A DNA stretch of 64,000 bases from an uncultured virus (IMG/VR IMGVR_UViG_3300027668_000014). Its lineage: Duplodnaviria; Heunggongvirae; Uroviricota; Caudoviricetes; Crassvirales. Positions 16,105-25,976 of this stretch are shown one piece after another. The stretch's first letter is position 1. Each line of letters starts with the position of its first letter. The notes beneath the pieces were generated by a model that was not told the DNA's origin, ran no database searches, and saw only the letters and a program-made list of their open reading frames with translations. A program made the position numbers and the translations under genes. The stretch lies in IMG/VR virus record IMGVR_UViG_3300027668_000014. One strand, 5' to 3'.

Positions 16105-17799
16105 TTATCTTAGTGTTAAGGTTCCTGTTTTAGTAACTGGTGTTTTTCCTGTTGAGTCGACCATTGTAAATATTAGTGCGTAAGCACCTCTGCTATTAGC
16201 TACAGAAACCGAAACAGTGTGGCCTTCGGTTGCCGTTGGCATTGTAGTTACAAAACCAACCTTAGCAGTGTTAGCTGTGATTGCACTTGCCTGTCCAGAT
16301 GTTATAGTGGTTTCAGACGTTGTTGCTGAATTACCGTTTATACTACCAACAATAGTGTTGCTGAAAGTCTTGGTTCCAGAAAAAGTTTGTGTTGTAGATA
16401 AATGTGCCGTGTCAGCGTCTAATTTGTTTGATGCAATAACATCGCCTGCCCACATAGCACTAGTTATATTTCCTGATATATCTGCGTTACCATCTATATC
16501 TAAAGTATCAGCTTGTAACTCACCAGTAATCTCAACACCCGCCGCAACTGTTGTTAGTTTCGAAGCATTGTTATGATAAAGAGTAACAGCTCCATTTTCT
16601 GAAGCGCTTAACATGTTTTCGCTATTCGCAGCGTTCATGACATTCAATGCACTAGTCCTGATCTTTAAATTACCAGAGCCAGATTCTTCTATATAACTAT
16701 TACTACCGTCGTGGTATAGTTTTAAATCATCGCTATTTCCAAATGTTGCTACGCCATTATCTGGTAAGCCAAGATCTTTAAATAAATCTAGTTTACCATT
16801 TTGATCGTATGAGTGGACTGTTCTTCTACCTGAGGGGTAACCACCCCATATTTGCATTCCGTATATAGCAATGGTTCTATCAGAGTAATCAGCTCCAGAA
16901 CCGCTATATGGCTTCCATGTTGGAGTAAACTCTATTCTTATTTTGTTATAATGACCAGTGGAGCTAGTATTTGTTTCATGCCAAGGTATAGTGCCAAAAG
17001 GCAAATATAAGTGTCCAGGCCAAGAGCTAACTGTTACATCTGATGATGTATGTTGGATCCAAGCATTATCACTACATCTTCTTTTATATACTTGTACTTT
17101 AGATTTATGACTTTGTGACGACCAATAAGCAATCATTGCATTAGCATATTGGTAATAACGAGCGACAAACTCTATCCTAAACGAGTTGTGCCCATTAGGA
17201 ATATAACACGCAGAGTTGTTTGTTCTTAAAAATTTACGCTTCTGATCATCAGTTTTATCTACCTCAGCGTAATCACTCTCACTTGTACCGCTTGCTCTAG
17301 TAAAAAATGTAAGATCAGCTAAATCATCATACGCGTTAGCTAAAGTTGTTTGAGGTTTAAATTGATGTTCAAACAAAGCCATTTCAGTTACTGTTGGAGA
17401 TCCTAAGTTATTCGTTGGAACACCCGTTGCGTTCTGAATGTATCTATTAGCATATAGGTTACTCGTCACATTAGCGTTACCCGTGAATGTTTTACCACCA
17501 CTGATAGTTTGCGAGCCTGAAAGGTAAACACCGTTAGTAACCGAACCAGCATTACCTGATACAGAAGTTTGAACTACGTTAGTATTTTTAGCTGTATTAG
17601 CCGCTATAGCCGATGTCTGCTTGTCTGTACCGTGGTTAGCATCATTGTACTGTATGTCATCAATTGTAGCCCTAAGAGTTTGCAGCGCACTTACAATTGG
17701 GTCATCAGACAAGTCAGTATCATCTAATATATCTTTACCTTCTGATCTACCTGATTCTGCCATTTTATTGGCCATTGTTTTAATTACTTTTCTTGCCAT
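16105..17799 (-). CDS. tail fibre / receptor-binding protein
   Basis: QTISGGKTF, FGNSDDLKLYHDGSNSYI, GAVTLYHNN fibre-type repeats. Confidence 0.7.
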   Translation of the reverse strand: MARKVIKTMANKMAESGRSEGKDILDDTDLSDDPIVSALQTLRATIDDIQYNDANHGTDKQTSAIAANTAKNTNVVQTSVSGNAGSVTNGVYLSGSQTISGGKTFTGNANVTSNLYANRYIQNATGVPTNNLGSPTVTEMALFEHQFKPQTTLANAYDDLADLTFFTRASGTSESDYAEVDKTDDQKRKFLRTNNSACYIPNGHNSFRIEFVARYYQYANAMIAYWSSQSHKSKVQVYKRRCSDNAWIQHTSSDVTVSSWPGHLYLPFGTIPWHETNTSSTGHYNKIRIEFTPTWKPYSGSGADYSDRTIAIYGMQIWGGYPSGRRTVHSYDQNGKLDLFKDLGLPDNGVATFGNSDDLKLYHDGSNSYIEESGSGNLKIRTSALNVMNAANSENMLSASENGAVTLYHNNASKLTTVAAGVEITGELQADTLDIDGNADISGNITSAMWAGDVIASNKLDADTAHLSTTQTFSGTKTFSNTIVGSINGNSATTSETTITSGQASAITANTAKVGFVTTMPTATEGHTVSVSVANSRGAYALIFTMVDSTGKTPVTKTGTLTLR

Positions 17800-17800
17800 A

Positions 17801-18355
17801 TTACGCTGTTGTTCCTGTTAATACAAAATTAAATCTAGGCTTCTGCCCATTACCACCGTCTGTTTTACCAAATCCTACTACTATTAAATCTCCTGCGTCA
17901 ACACTTGTACTACTGTCAATGTCTAACGTCATAAACCTACCGTTCGTAGTGTTTATAGTGCGAGCACCTAATTGGGTTAAGGTTAGATTAGAAGTGTTAA
18001 CACCATTTGCTCTATTCATCTTGTATATCCTACATTGCATTTGACCGTTTGCAGCGTTCATTCTAACTTGAGCCTTGATTGACGCTCCTGATAAAGCCAC
18101 TGGACATATTATGCCACAGTACTGGTCATTTTGATTTAGCACCGGTGCGTCTACATCAACAAATTGTGTTGCCCAATCTCGAGCATCATTCCAACCGTAG
18201 TTGTTACTCCCGATGTATACCTTATCGGTACCATCGGAGGCAAACTGAGCAGCTGTTCTATTTATCATACCGGAACTAGACCCTAGCACTATAGTCTGAC
18301 CTATAATTCTTGATCCACCTTCCAGCTCCACATTACACTGTGTTTTTATAGACAT
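17801..18355 (-). CDS. tail-associated beta-rich protein
   Basis: 184 aa, located between two fibre genes. Confidence 0.55.
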   Translation of the reverse strand: MSIKTQCNVELEGGSRIIGQTIVLGSSSGMINRTAAQFASDGTDKVYIGSNNYGWNDARDWATQFVDVDAPVLNQNDQYCGIICPVALSGASIKAQVRMNAANGQMQCRIYKMNRANGVNTSNLTLTQLGARTINTTNGRFMTLDIDSSTSVDAGDLIVVGFGKTDGGNGQKPRFNFVLTGTTA

Positions 18356-18358
18356 TTA

Positions 18359-20437
18359 TTAAATTTTCTGCACCAACGCGGAATAATCACCTGCTGTAGG
18401 GGCTGTATTAAAGTTTATCACAATAGTCGTTGTTGTTCTGGTTACACAAGTTTGAACCGTTTCTCCAGATCCATTAGCAACTCTTATCACCTGAACCATA
18501 TAATTAAGGCTTTCACCCATAGCATGTGTTATGGTATAAGTTTTGTTTGAATTACTAACAGCGACTCTAGCAGTTGAGTTATTAAGAACAAACGCAGCTC
18601 TACCAGCTGCTGATGCGACTTTAGCGTCTACGTAAGTTTTATTAGCAGCATCAGTACCCGAACTTACCGTGTCAACACCAGTTATCCTACCAGTACCAGT
18701 TAAAGCAACTGTACCTGTAAACGTTTTAGCACCCGTGAATGTTTGTGTTTCACCTAAATGCGCCGTGTCAGCATCTAATCTAGCGGATACAACAGTTCCC
18801 GATGTAATATCATTACCATTCCACACGTGAGCATCTACATAGGTTTTGCTTGCCGCGTCAGTTGCCGCTGAGACTGTATCGATACCAGTTATTCTACCTG
18901 TTCCAGTTAAAGCAACCGTGTTAGTAAATGTCTTAGCTCCAGTAAATGTTTGAGTAGTTGTCAAGTGGGCTGTATCCGCGTCTAAGTTTGCGTTCGCAAG
19001 AACAGTACCAGAGAAGTTGGCATTATTTATCTTTACATCAGTTGGCAAAGTACCAGCTGCAATCTTAGCAACAGCAATAGCGTTGTCAGGTATCGTAAGT
19101 GCAGCAGCATGCAAAGTATCAACCTTTAAATCTTCATAGTTAGAACCAAGTTTCATTTCAAACTTAGGCCCTGTTGTGTTATATGTAAACGTAGCATCAG
19201 AACCATTTCCACCTTCTATAGTGAAACCCGCGCCATCAACAACGGCTCCTGTACTGTTGTTACTATCAAGTATAATGTTATGGTCTTCAAGGTTTAAGTT
19301 TGTTGAATTTACAGTGGTAGTATCTCCTTGTACTACTAAATTACCAGCTATAGTAACCTGAACATCGGTAGCATCACCAATTGTTACATTCTCCGTAAGC
19401 TCACTTAGCCTAGTTGTTAGCGTTGCAATACTAACATTTGCATCTGTATTTGTTACCTTAGCGGTGTTTGCCGCTACAGCATCAAATATTCCAGTTGACA
19501 TAAGACCTGATACAGAGGTTGTTGCTACAGGGAACGTAGCATTATCACCATCAGAAGAGCTTAAAACCCTTGCTCCAGTTCCACTAGCTAAGGATAAGTC
19601 TGTAGAAACGTTTGTTATAGCTCCAGAAGCAGCTCCTAAATAACCCCATTGCGCGGCTGATATTGTAGTCGACCCAATATTTTCTAGTTGTGCTCCTTCC
19701 CCAGCGGTTATATTAGATATTTCAGTTACTTGAGAAGCTGCAATAGTTTTATTGCTTAAAGTTTGTGAACCAGATAATGTAGCGACAGTTGAATCAATGT
19801 TAACTGTAACCGTATCAGTATTACCAACCACCGTGTCTATTCCTGTACCACCTGCAACATCTAAAGTGTTACTATGCGCGATAGTTTGGTTGGTACCAGA
19901 GTCTCCTGTTAAAGTGAAAGTAGTTAATTGATTTGTGTTTGTGTCTGTAATAGCGCCGCTTGCAGCACCTAAGTAACCCCACTGTGCAGCGGATATTGTC
20001 GTGCTACCAATGTTCTCTAGCTGTGCACCTTCACCTGCTGTCAACGCTGATATTTCAGTTACCTGAGATGCAGCTATTGTTTTGTTTGTTAACGTTTGTG
20101 AACCAGAAAGTGTTGCAACAGTGGAATCAATTGCGATGTTATCAGCGTTAGCTGTTATACCGGTTGAACCAACAACATTTAAGGTTACAGCACCAGAACT
20201 AGCCGTGCCAGTCAGACCATTACCAGCGGTTACGCTAGTTATATCACCAGCCTGCATGTTCACCCAAGTGGGTGAATTTACATTAGTAGACGTATTAACG
20301 TATACCACGTTATCACCCGTGTCGTAGTAAACTTGACCTTCTTTTGCTGTAGATGGCCCTGTGCTAAGTGGGTGTATAACAGCTTTTATCAATGCATTAC
20401 CGTTTAGGTCTAAGTCACATAAATTATTTATTGCCAT
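18359..20437 (-). CDS. tail fibre protein with internal repeats
   Basis: EGQVYYDT, GDITSVTAGNGLTG, QTLTNKT, DAANKTYVD; T/A/G/S-rich. Confidence 0.78.
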   Translation of the reverse strand: MAINNLCDLDLNGNALIKAVIHPLSTGPSTAKEGQVYYDTGDNVVYVNTSTNVNSPTWVNMQAGDITSVTAGNGLTGTASSGAVTLNVVGSTGITANADNIAIDSTVATLSGSQTLTNKTIAASQVTEISALTAGEGAQLENIGSTTISAAQWGYLGAASGAITDTNTNQLTTFTLTGDSGTNQTIAHSNTLDVAGGTGIDTVVGNTDTVTVNIDSTVATLSGSQTLSNKTIAASQVTEISNITAGEGAQLENIGSTTISAAQWGYLGAASGAITNVSTDLSLASGTGARVLSSSDGDNATFPVATTSVSGLMSTGIFDAVAANTAKVTNTDANVSIATLTTRLSELTENVTIGDATDVQVTIAGNLVVQGDTTTVNSTNLNLEDHNIILDSNNSTGAVVDGAGFTIEGGNGSDATFTYNTTGPKFEMKLGSNYEDLKVDTLHAAALTIPDNAIAVAKIAAGTLPTDVKINNANFSGTVLANANLDADTAHLTTTQTFTGAKTFTNTVALTGTGRITGIDTVSAATDAASKTYVDAHVWNGNDITSGTVVSARLDADTAHLGETQTFTGAKTFTGTVALTGTGRITGVDTVSSGTDAANKTYVDAKVASAAGRAAFVLNNSTARVAVSNSNKTYTITHAMGESLNYMVQVIRVANGSGETVQTCVTRTTTTIVINFNTAPTAGDYSALVQKI
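19613..20128 (-). repeat. 61 aa intragenic duplication (19613-19795 and 19946-20128)
   Basis: DSTVATLSGSQTLxNKTIAASQVTEISxxTAGEGAQLENIGSTTISAAQWGYLGAASGAIT occurs twice with synonymous divergence. Confidence 0.9.
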
Positions 20438-20446
20438 TTTATTATT

Positions 20447-20701
20447 TTAGTTTAAATATGCTTTGCCAGAAAAAGCACTTGCTTGTCCTCCGGCAAAAAA
20501 AGTTATTGTTATTTTGTTTGTTGTGTTGTAAACCACGCTACCTATTACTATGCTGTCCCCCGAGTCTACTACTGTTACTGAAGGAAACCTACCTAAGTTA
20601 TGGTCTATAACCCAAGTATTACTTGCCCCGTTTTGAGTGTAAATATATGTTATGCTACCTATAATAGGCTGCGTCATGACCTCTCTACCTATCCATTTCA
20701 T
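20447..20701 (-). CDS. small tail-associated protein
   Basis: WVIDHNLGRFPSVTVVD...FSGKAYLN pattern typical of fibre-associated domains. Confidence 0.65.
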   Translation of the reverse strand: MKWIGREVMTQPIIGSITYIYTQNGASNTWVIDHNLGRFPSVTVVDSGDSIVIGSVVYNTTNKITITFFAGGQASAFSGKAYLN

Positions 20702-20702
20702 A

Positions 20703-21218
20703 TTAATTTATTATTACATCTACTAAAGCGGTTGGGTTACATTGAACAGTGGAGTCAGCGCTGCCACTAGAGAACACTGTACTCATTGTTACAGCCGTGT
20801 CGCTAACCAAAGCTGATATGGTTTTTGTTTCGGAATTAACAACTAGCTCATCACCAATAGACAGTTCTGATAAAAACACGGTGCTAGTTCCATCTGCTGG
20901 ATTAGCACCATCTGGGTTTATGGAACCAGTAATGTCGAAACTATCCCCGTCTGTTAACTTAATAAACAAACCATACTCATTTACTTGACTTTTAAATTTC
21001 ATACAATCATATATCAAGGTAGCGCCAATAGGTAATTCTACTCCTTTTAAGAGATAAAACTTACCCTCAAGCAACTTTTCAATATACAAGTCAACCTTGC
21101 ACTTGCTAACCTTTTGCACATTAGTAAAGGATATGTTAGTTATTGCTTGAGACTTGTTACCCGTTGGATATACTAATTGCTTAACTAATTCACCAGAAAT
21201 GTTATGATAACCGTACAT
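20703..21218 (-). CDS. putative structural protein
   Basis: 171 aa, in the tail cluster. Confidence 0.6.
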   Translation of the reverse strand: MYGYHNISGELVKQLVYPTGNKSQAITNISFTNVQKVSKCKVDLYIEKLLEGKFYLLKGVELPIGATLIYDCMKFKSQVNEYGLFIKLTDGDSFDITGSINPDGANPADGTSTVFLSELSIGDELVVNSETKTISALVSDTAVTMSTVFSSGSADSTVQCNPTALVDVIIN

Positions 21219-21221
21219 TTA

Positions 21222-21938
21222 CTATTCGTAAATTGCCATATATTCAATAACTGTCTCAGTTTGATCATTCATTGTCACCGTAATGTCATCTTGTACATCT
21301 GTACCTTGAGTTGTTACACTAACCGCTAAAGCTCCACTAGCATTTTCAGCCCAATCACCCGCTACGTTAGTTTGTACGCCAGGGTATTTAGCAGTGAATA
21401 TACTTATAGCGGCGTTAGACCCGTGAGCAGTTACAACCCAGTTTCTATATTTTGTAGCCTGTATAACAGTCGCTATACCAGCTGCTGTCTGCGTGCTACC
21501 AACTGTAGCTGTTACGCCGTCAAAAATAGCTGTGTTGTTAGTAGCCCAACTACCAGAAGCTGTTAGTTCAAAAACCTCCTTTGCTCCGCGCACTGCGTTC
21601 CATGGAATAAACATCCAATCACCTCCATATAATCTACCTAATTTAATCTCAACGTCATTATCACCACTAGTTATACCTACTGTACCGTACTTCGCTGTAG
21701 AGGTTCCAGTGTTTTTAATGTAAACCTTGTTTGCTTTTAAAGCTGTAGCCTCTGTTTCGTCTACTAACAGTAGGTTCTGCTTAACATTAGATGCTATTCT
21801 TTTTTGTCTTAAACTCGTAGTGTCTGGAAGACCAGTAGCTGTTCCGGCTTTAGTAAGAGTTGCTGTGTTTGATATAGATAACGAGTTGTCCATTATGTCT
21901 GAGCTCGATAACGTTATACTTGCTGTTGTTGTTGCCAT
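21222..21938 (-). CDS. putative structural protein, paralogue A
   Basis: MATTTASITLSSSD start; GRLYGGDWMFIPW. Confidence 0.7.
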   Translation of the reverse strand: MATTTASITLSSSDIMDNSLSISNTATLTKAGTATGLPDTTSLRQKRIASNVKQNLLLVDETEATALKANKVYIKNTGTSTAKYGTVGITSGDNDVEIKLGRLYGGDWMFIPWNAVRGAKEVFELTASGSWATNNTAIFDGVTATVGSTQTAAGIATVIQATKYRNWVVTAHGSNAAISIFTAKYPGVQTNVAGDWAENASGALAVSVTTQGTDVQDDITVTMNDQTETVIEYMAIYE

Positions 21939-21961
21939 GTTTTTTTATTTATTTAATGTTA

Positions 21962-22387
21962 TTACGATGCTGCATTCAATGTTTCTCCCTCGTGGAAAAC
22001 CACCCATTCTATCACTTGTGCTGCTACAAAAGCTTGAACTTCTATATCTTGAGTATCTGCCGCTGCTTCCCAAGGCATGTACATCCAGTCACCTGCATAT
22101 AACCTACCTATTACTTGTGCTCCTATTGTAACAACCACATAGTGATCGTCATTAGTAGCTTTGTTAGCGATATAAAATTTATTAGCTTTGTTTGCGTGAG
22201 CCGCCGTAGCGTCAAGAAGGTCAAAGTTTGTTGGAGAACCTAAAGGTATTTCATTTCTACCCATCTTCACCTGTGTTACACCTGTAGTTGTACCAGCATC
22301 ATAAAGAGTTGCTGTTGATGACAACGATATAGGAGTGGATACTAAGTCAGGGCTAGATAGCGTGAATGTTGCTGTTGTTGTTGCCAT
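21962..22387 (-). CDS. putative structural protein, paralogue B
   Basis: MATTTATFTLSSPD start; GRLYAGDWMYMPW. Confidence 0.7.
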   Translation of the reverse strand: MATTTATFTLSSPDLVSTPISLSSTATLYDAGTTTGVTQVKMGRNEIPLGSPTNFDLLDATAAHANKANKFYIANKATNDDHYVVVTIGAQVIGRLYAGDWMYMPWEAAADTQDIEVQAFVAAQVIEWVVFHEGETLNAAS

Positions 22388-22403
22388 GTTTTTACTTTTT
22401 TAA

Positions 22404-24758
22404 TTAATTGTTTAGTTTTATTTTCTTTTCAACCGTTCCATCATCATATATGTAGAACAGTAGCTTGTTATTACCTTCTTTAGAAGGTCTACCTAGTAAG
22501 TCTGTTATTGCCACTAGTTTTTTGGTAGCAGCTCTTCTAGCTGGTATATCTCCGATGTATGTTCCATCGCAGTAGTTGTAGGTTAATTGACATACTTCAT
22601 CCCACTCGTTATCGCAGCAATAGCTATCAACGCTAATAACCCAAGCGTAGCAAGGATCATTTAACCAATAAGGGATGCCAGGGCCAGTAGCACAGCCAGA
22701 AGCGTAAAGACAGTTATTGTCACTAACGTTGGCCTCAAGAAGATAGTTATAGGCATTAAGATCCATGCAACCCTCAATGATAGCGATACACGATTCGTTA
22801 TCCGTGTTAGCCAACGAGTCATAGTTGAGAGCCAAGACCTCCATACAGCCGTATAAAAATTCAATGCAAGTAAAATCCTCTGTGTTCGACAAGGGATTGT
22901 AATTAAGCATAGAAGGGTCCGTACAACCGAATACATAAGGAGTACAGCTATTATTGTCAGCATTTGCTAGTGGATTATAGTTAAACATTGTAGAGTCAGT
23001 ACACCCGTAAATATATGGTATGCAGGTTCCATCATTTGTGTTGGCTAGTGGGTTATAGTTGAATTGCGACGGGTTTATACATCCATATATAAACGGTATA
23101 CAGCTATTGTCCCCCGTGTTAGCCATGGGATCATAATTAAAAGCCGAGGTATCAATACATCCATATATAATTCCAATGCAGCTACCATCATCTATGTTAG
23201 CTAGAGAATCATAGTTTATAGCTATTGAGCTCATGCATCCGTATATAACTGCTATACACGTGTCTGAAACATTAGCGTTAGGGTTGTAGTTGAAGGCTAA
23301 AGCCTGCATACACCCTTCGACTATCGCTATACAAGAGTTAGGAAGTTCCGTGTTCGCTGTGTCAACATAATTAAACGCCGTAGAATCCATACACCCTAAA
23401 ACAACCAAGGTACTGCAGGAGCCATCGTCATAATCGTAGTTCGAGTTATACTCTAAGTATACTGGATTAGTACATCCTGGAGTATAATAACAACTAACAT
23501 CATCCGTGTTAGCTAATGGGTCATAATTAATTGCATTAGGGAATGTACATCCATAAACCATCTCTATACATTCATTACCACAGTTTGTTATTACAGGATA
23601 AGTTAAACTTGGTGTAATGAAAGGAGGCATTACACTAATCAGAGTATCTCCATCTGGATTAATTAAAGTAAACCCACATTCTATAGTTGTTGCTTGTGCT
23701 AAAGGATCTATGTTAAATACAAAACCAATAGGATCAGGTGCAGTTATACCTACTTGATAAATATCAGTAAACCCACCAGTGTGAGTAAAAGTATACGTTG
23801 TATCAGGAGTAAATAATTCCAAAGTAGATCCAACCCAACCGTTACCCATAAGATCATGTAACACAAGAGTGAACTCACAAGTGTCTACTAAATCCATTGT
23901 GTTAGCTAAAGCATCAAAATTATACATAGTAACATCGGTACACCCATATACTTTTAACGTAACACAACTACCATCATCTACGTCAGCGTAGTAATCATAT
24001 TCTAAATAGTCATAGTCTGTACAGCCTAATATAGGGGGACATGAGTCAGAAACAAAAGAATGTATAGTGTCAAAACCAAAAGCTGGATCCGTACCATACA
24101 CCAACGTATCATTACATTGTTTTACAAAATAAGAACCATCAGAGCCTTGCCATGCAGAACCTTGTAAACCATCACCGTATACGTCGTACATATTAAAGAA
24201 CAAAGATCCTTTAGGTATCTCTACTATTACATCTACCACGGAGTAAGGAGCAAGTGTGCCGTATCCTGATCCAGAAGCATGTATAACACCGTTTGAATCT
24301 TGTATGTCCCAAGAAGTCTCAGGTGTAAATTGATCTAAGTTAATTATAACGTTAGTGGGTACACCAGATTCTGGTGGTGCTGGCGGAGCACAAGGCCATA
24401 TGTTAACCAATGTATCTAATGTAAAGAATGCCATTGTTAATGGGTCATAGTTCAGTATAGGACCTTGACAGTCATTCTGCATTTTAAACGAAGATGGGTT
24501 AGTTGACACCCATCCATCTCCATAAGTATCGTTAAGCGATAATAAATAAGAGCCACTATTAATGGCTATAGTCGTGTCTAAATATTCATAAGACACTGTA
24601 GGTTGAAAGAACATAGCTGTATCACCAGAGGCGTCTGAAACCATGAAAAAGTTAGATTCTGAAGGGCCGTAAAAATCAAACTGTACCTTAAAGTTAACCC
24701 ATGAGTCTTGAGCGGATATACTTAGCGGTAATAATAATAGTATTAGTAGTTTTTTCAT
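22404..24758 (-). CDS. secreted Cys/Asp-rich repeat protein with T9SS-CTD-like tail
   Basis: Signal peptide MKKLLILLLLPLSISA|Q from ATG 24758; many GCxD...NYxPxANxDDxSC repeats; C-terminal KLVAITDLLGR...LLFYIYDDGTVEKKI. Confidence 0.8.
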   Translation of the reverse strand: MKKLLILLLLPLSISAQDSWVNFKVQFDFYGPSESNFFMVSDASGDTAMFFQPTVSYEYLDTTIAINSGSYLLSLNDTYGDGWVSTNPSSFKMQNDCQGPILNYDPLTMAFFTLDTLVNIWPCAPPAPPESGVPTNVIINLDQFTPETSWDIQDSNGVIHASGSGYGTLAPYSVVDVIVEIPKGSLFFNMYDVYGDGLQGSAWQGSDGSYFVKQCNDTLVYGTDPAFGFDTIHSFVSDSCPPILGCTDYDYLEYDYYADVDDGSCVTLKVYGCTDVTMYNFDALANTMDLVDTCEFTLVLHDLMGNGWVGSTLELFTPDTTYTFTHTGGFTDIYQVGITAPDPIGFVFNIDPLAQATTIECGFTLINPDGDTLISVMPPFITPSLTYPVITNCGNECIEMVYGCTFPNAINYDPLANTDDVSCYYTPGCTNPVYLEYNSNYDYDDGSCSTLVVLGCMDSTAFNYVDTANTELPNSCIAIVEGCMQALAFNYNPNANVSDTCIAVIYGCMSSIAINYDSLANIDDGSCIGIIYGCIDTSAFNYDPMANTGDNSCIPFIYGCINPSQFNYNPLANTNDGTCIPYIYGCTDSTMFNYNPLANADNNSCTPYVFGCTDPSMLNYNPLSNTEDFTCIEFLYGCMEVLALNYDSLANTDNESCIAIIEGCMDLNAYNYLLEANVSDNNCLYASGCATGPGIPYWLNDPCYAWVISVDSYCCDNEWDEVCQLTYNYCDGTYIGDIPARRAATKKLVAITDLLGRPSKEGNNKLLFYIYDDGTVEKKIKLNN

Positions 24759-24762
24759 GTAT

Positions 24763-25047
24763 TTAATTTGGTACGCATTTGTCTTTCCCATTTTCAGTAC
24801 CAGCATAGCTGTAGCCTTCCCAGCAAGCTTTACCATCAGCACCTTGTTCTTTACCAGCTTTATTTTTCTTAGTCATCGGTGATTGGCCAGGGTAAGAATA
24901 CCCACTCATTTTAAATGGACCACCTGGTTTGTGAGACACAACCTTGCTAGTCCCACTGTGCTCTGCGCCTGTGTGAACTTTACCGTCCATTTTGTGTGTT
25001 TTACCCTTGTACTCACCGTCTTCCGTATAATGCTTTACTCCTTTCAT
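24763..25047 (-). CDS. small basic His/Gly/Lys-rich protein
   Basis: MKGVKHYTEDG...; ACWEGY...KCVP. Confidence 0.6.
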   Translation of the reverse strand: MKGVKHYTEDGEYKGKTHKMDGKVHTGAEHSGTSKVVSHKPGGPFKMSGYSYPGQSPMTKKNKAGKEQGADGKACWEGYSYAGTENGKDKCVPN

Positions 25048-25048
25048 A

Positions 25049-25330
25049 TTATGATTTTTTATGTTTTCTACAAAAAGAATTAGCCGCCGCAACACTACCA
25101 AAACCCCATTTTTTCAAAGCCAAAGCCTTACTAGTTGGCTCACCGTTCTTTTCTTTCATCGGGCCTTTCATACCACCAAACCTACAAGCAAAACTAACTC
25201 TTCTAGGGCTAGTGCCACTAGTTAGTTTACTGCCCATGGTTGGGTTTTCCTTTCTCATCTTAACGTTATTCTTGTTGTATGTTGATTCCTTTATTTTTAA
25301 CGGACCAACTGACCTGTTGTCGTATGCCAT
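25049..25330 (-). CDS. small basic phage protein
   Basis: RRVSFACRFGGMKG...ALALKKWG. Confidence 0.65.
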   Translation of the reverse strand: MAYDNRSVGPLKIKESTYNKNNVKMRKENPTMGSKLTSGTSPRRVSFACRFGGMKGPMKEKNGEPTSKALALKKWGFGSVAAANSFCRKHKKS

Positions 25331-25331
25331 T

Positions 25332-25694
25332 TTAAAAGTCGCTCATTAATAATTCATCTATAAAGTTCTGCATTTCTTTTCTTGTAGCCTTCATACTAAA
25401 CGATATGTCAGCTTGATATCTTTTCATTTCCTCGCCATCTTTGTATATAACAACTGTTGGTACAACAACTATTTCATGCTTAGCTTGTAATTTAGGTGCG
25501 GCTGCTATGTCCACGTACACAATGTCGCAGTCTGTTAGCTTACCTATGTAGCTTACTTTGTTAGGATCATTCCAAGCCGCATTGAAGTGTGTAACCACTA
25601 TTTGCGCAGACGCTTTTTGAGCGACACACACTAGGAATAAAACTAATATATATACGCCCAGTATCTTCCATGAAATATCTATATTCTTCATCAC
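25332..25694 (-). CDS. exported thioredoxin-fold protein lacking CxxC
   Basis: Signal ...QKASA|Q; HFNAAWNDPN in place of FxAxWCxxC; VVPTVVIYKDGEEMKR. Confidence 0.75.
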   Translation of the reverse strand: MMKNIDISWKILGVYILVLFLVCVAQKASAQIVVTHFNAAWNDPNKVSYIGKLTDCDIVYVDIAAAPKLQAKHEIVVVPTVVIYKDGEEMKRYQADISFSMKATRKEMQNFIDELLMSDF

Positions 25695-25975
25695 CTTAAT
25701 TTATCAATTTTATCCTCCATGCGCCTGAGGTTAATCTTCATTTCATCTACAGCTTTCTCCGTGTTCTCTATAGATAGTCTAATGTTTCTATCTTTCATAT
25801 CAAACTCCATGCGCGACACATCTTGCGGTGGTGGGACTGGTAGGGTTTTTGCTTCAGCTATATCTGCTTGTAACATAAACCACATGCTAATAACTGTTGC
25901 CATAGCGGCTCCAATACCTACTAGCGTCTTTATACTTACCTGAAAACCACTGTTCTCGTTTAATTCTTTAGCCAT
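25691..25975 (-). CDS. membrane-anchored coiled-coil protein
   Basis: One N-terminal hydrophobic helix, Pro linker, C-terminal heptads. Confidence 0.7.
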   Translation of the reverse strand: MAKELNENSGFQVSIKTLVGIGAAMATVISMWFMLQADIAEAKTLPVPPPQDVSRMEFDMKDRNIRLSIENTEKAVDEMKINLRRMEDKIDKLR

Positions 25976-25976
25976 G

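Noticed and set aside
16105..20437. Diversity-generating retroelement acting on the fibre genes
   Set aside because: The repeats differ mostly at synonymous sites rather than specifically at adenines, both copies are in frame, and no reverse transcriptase is seen
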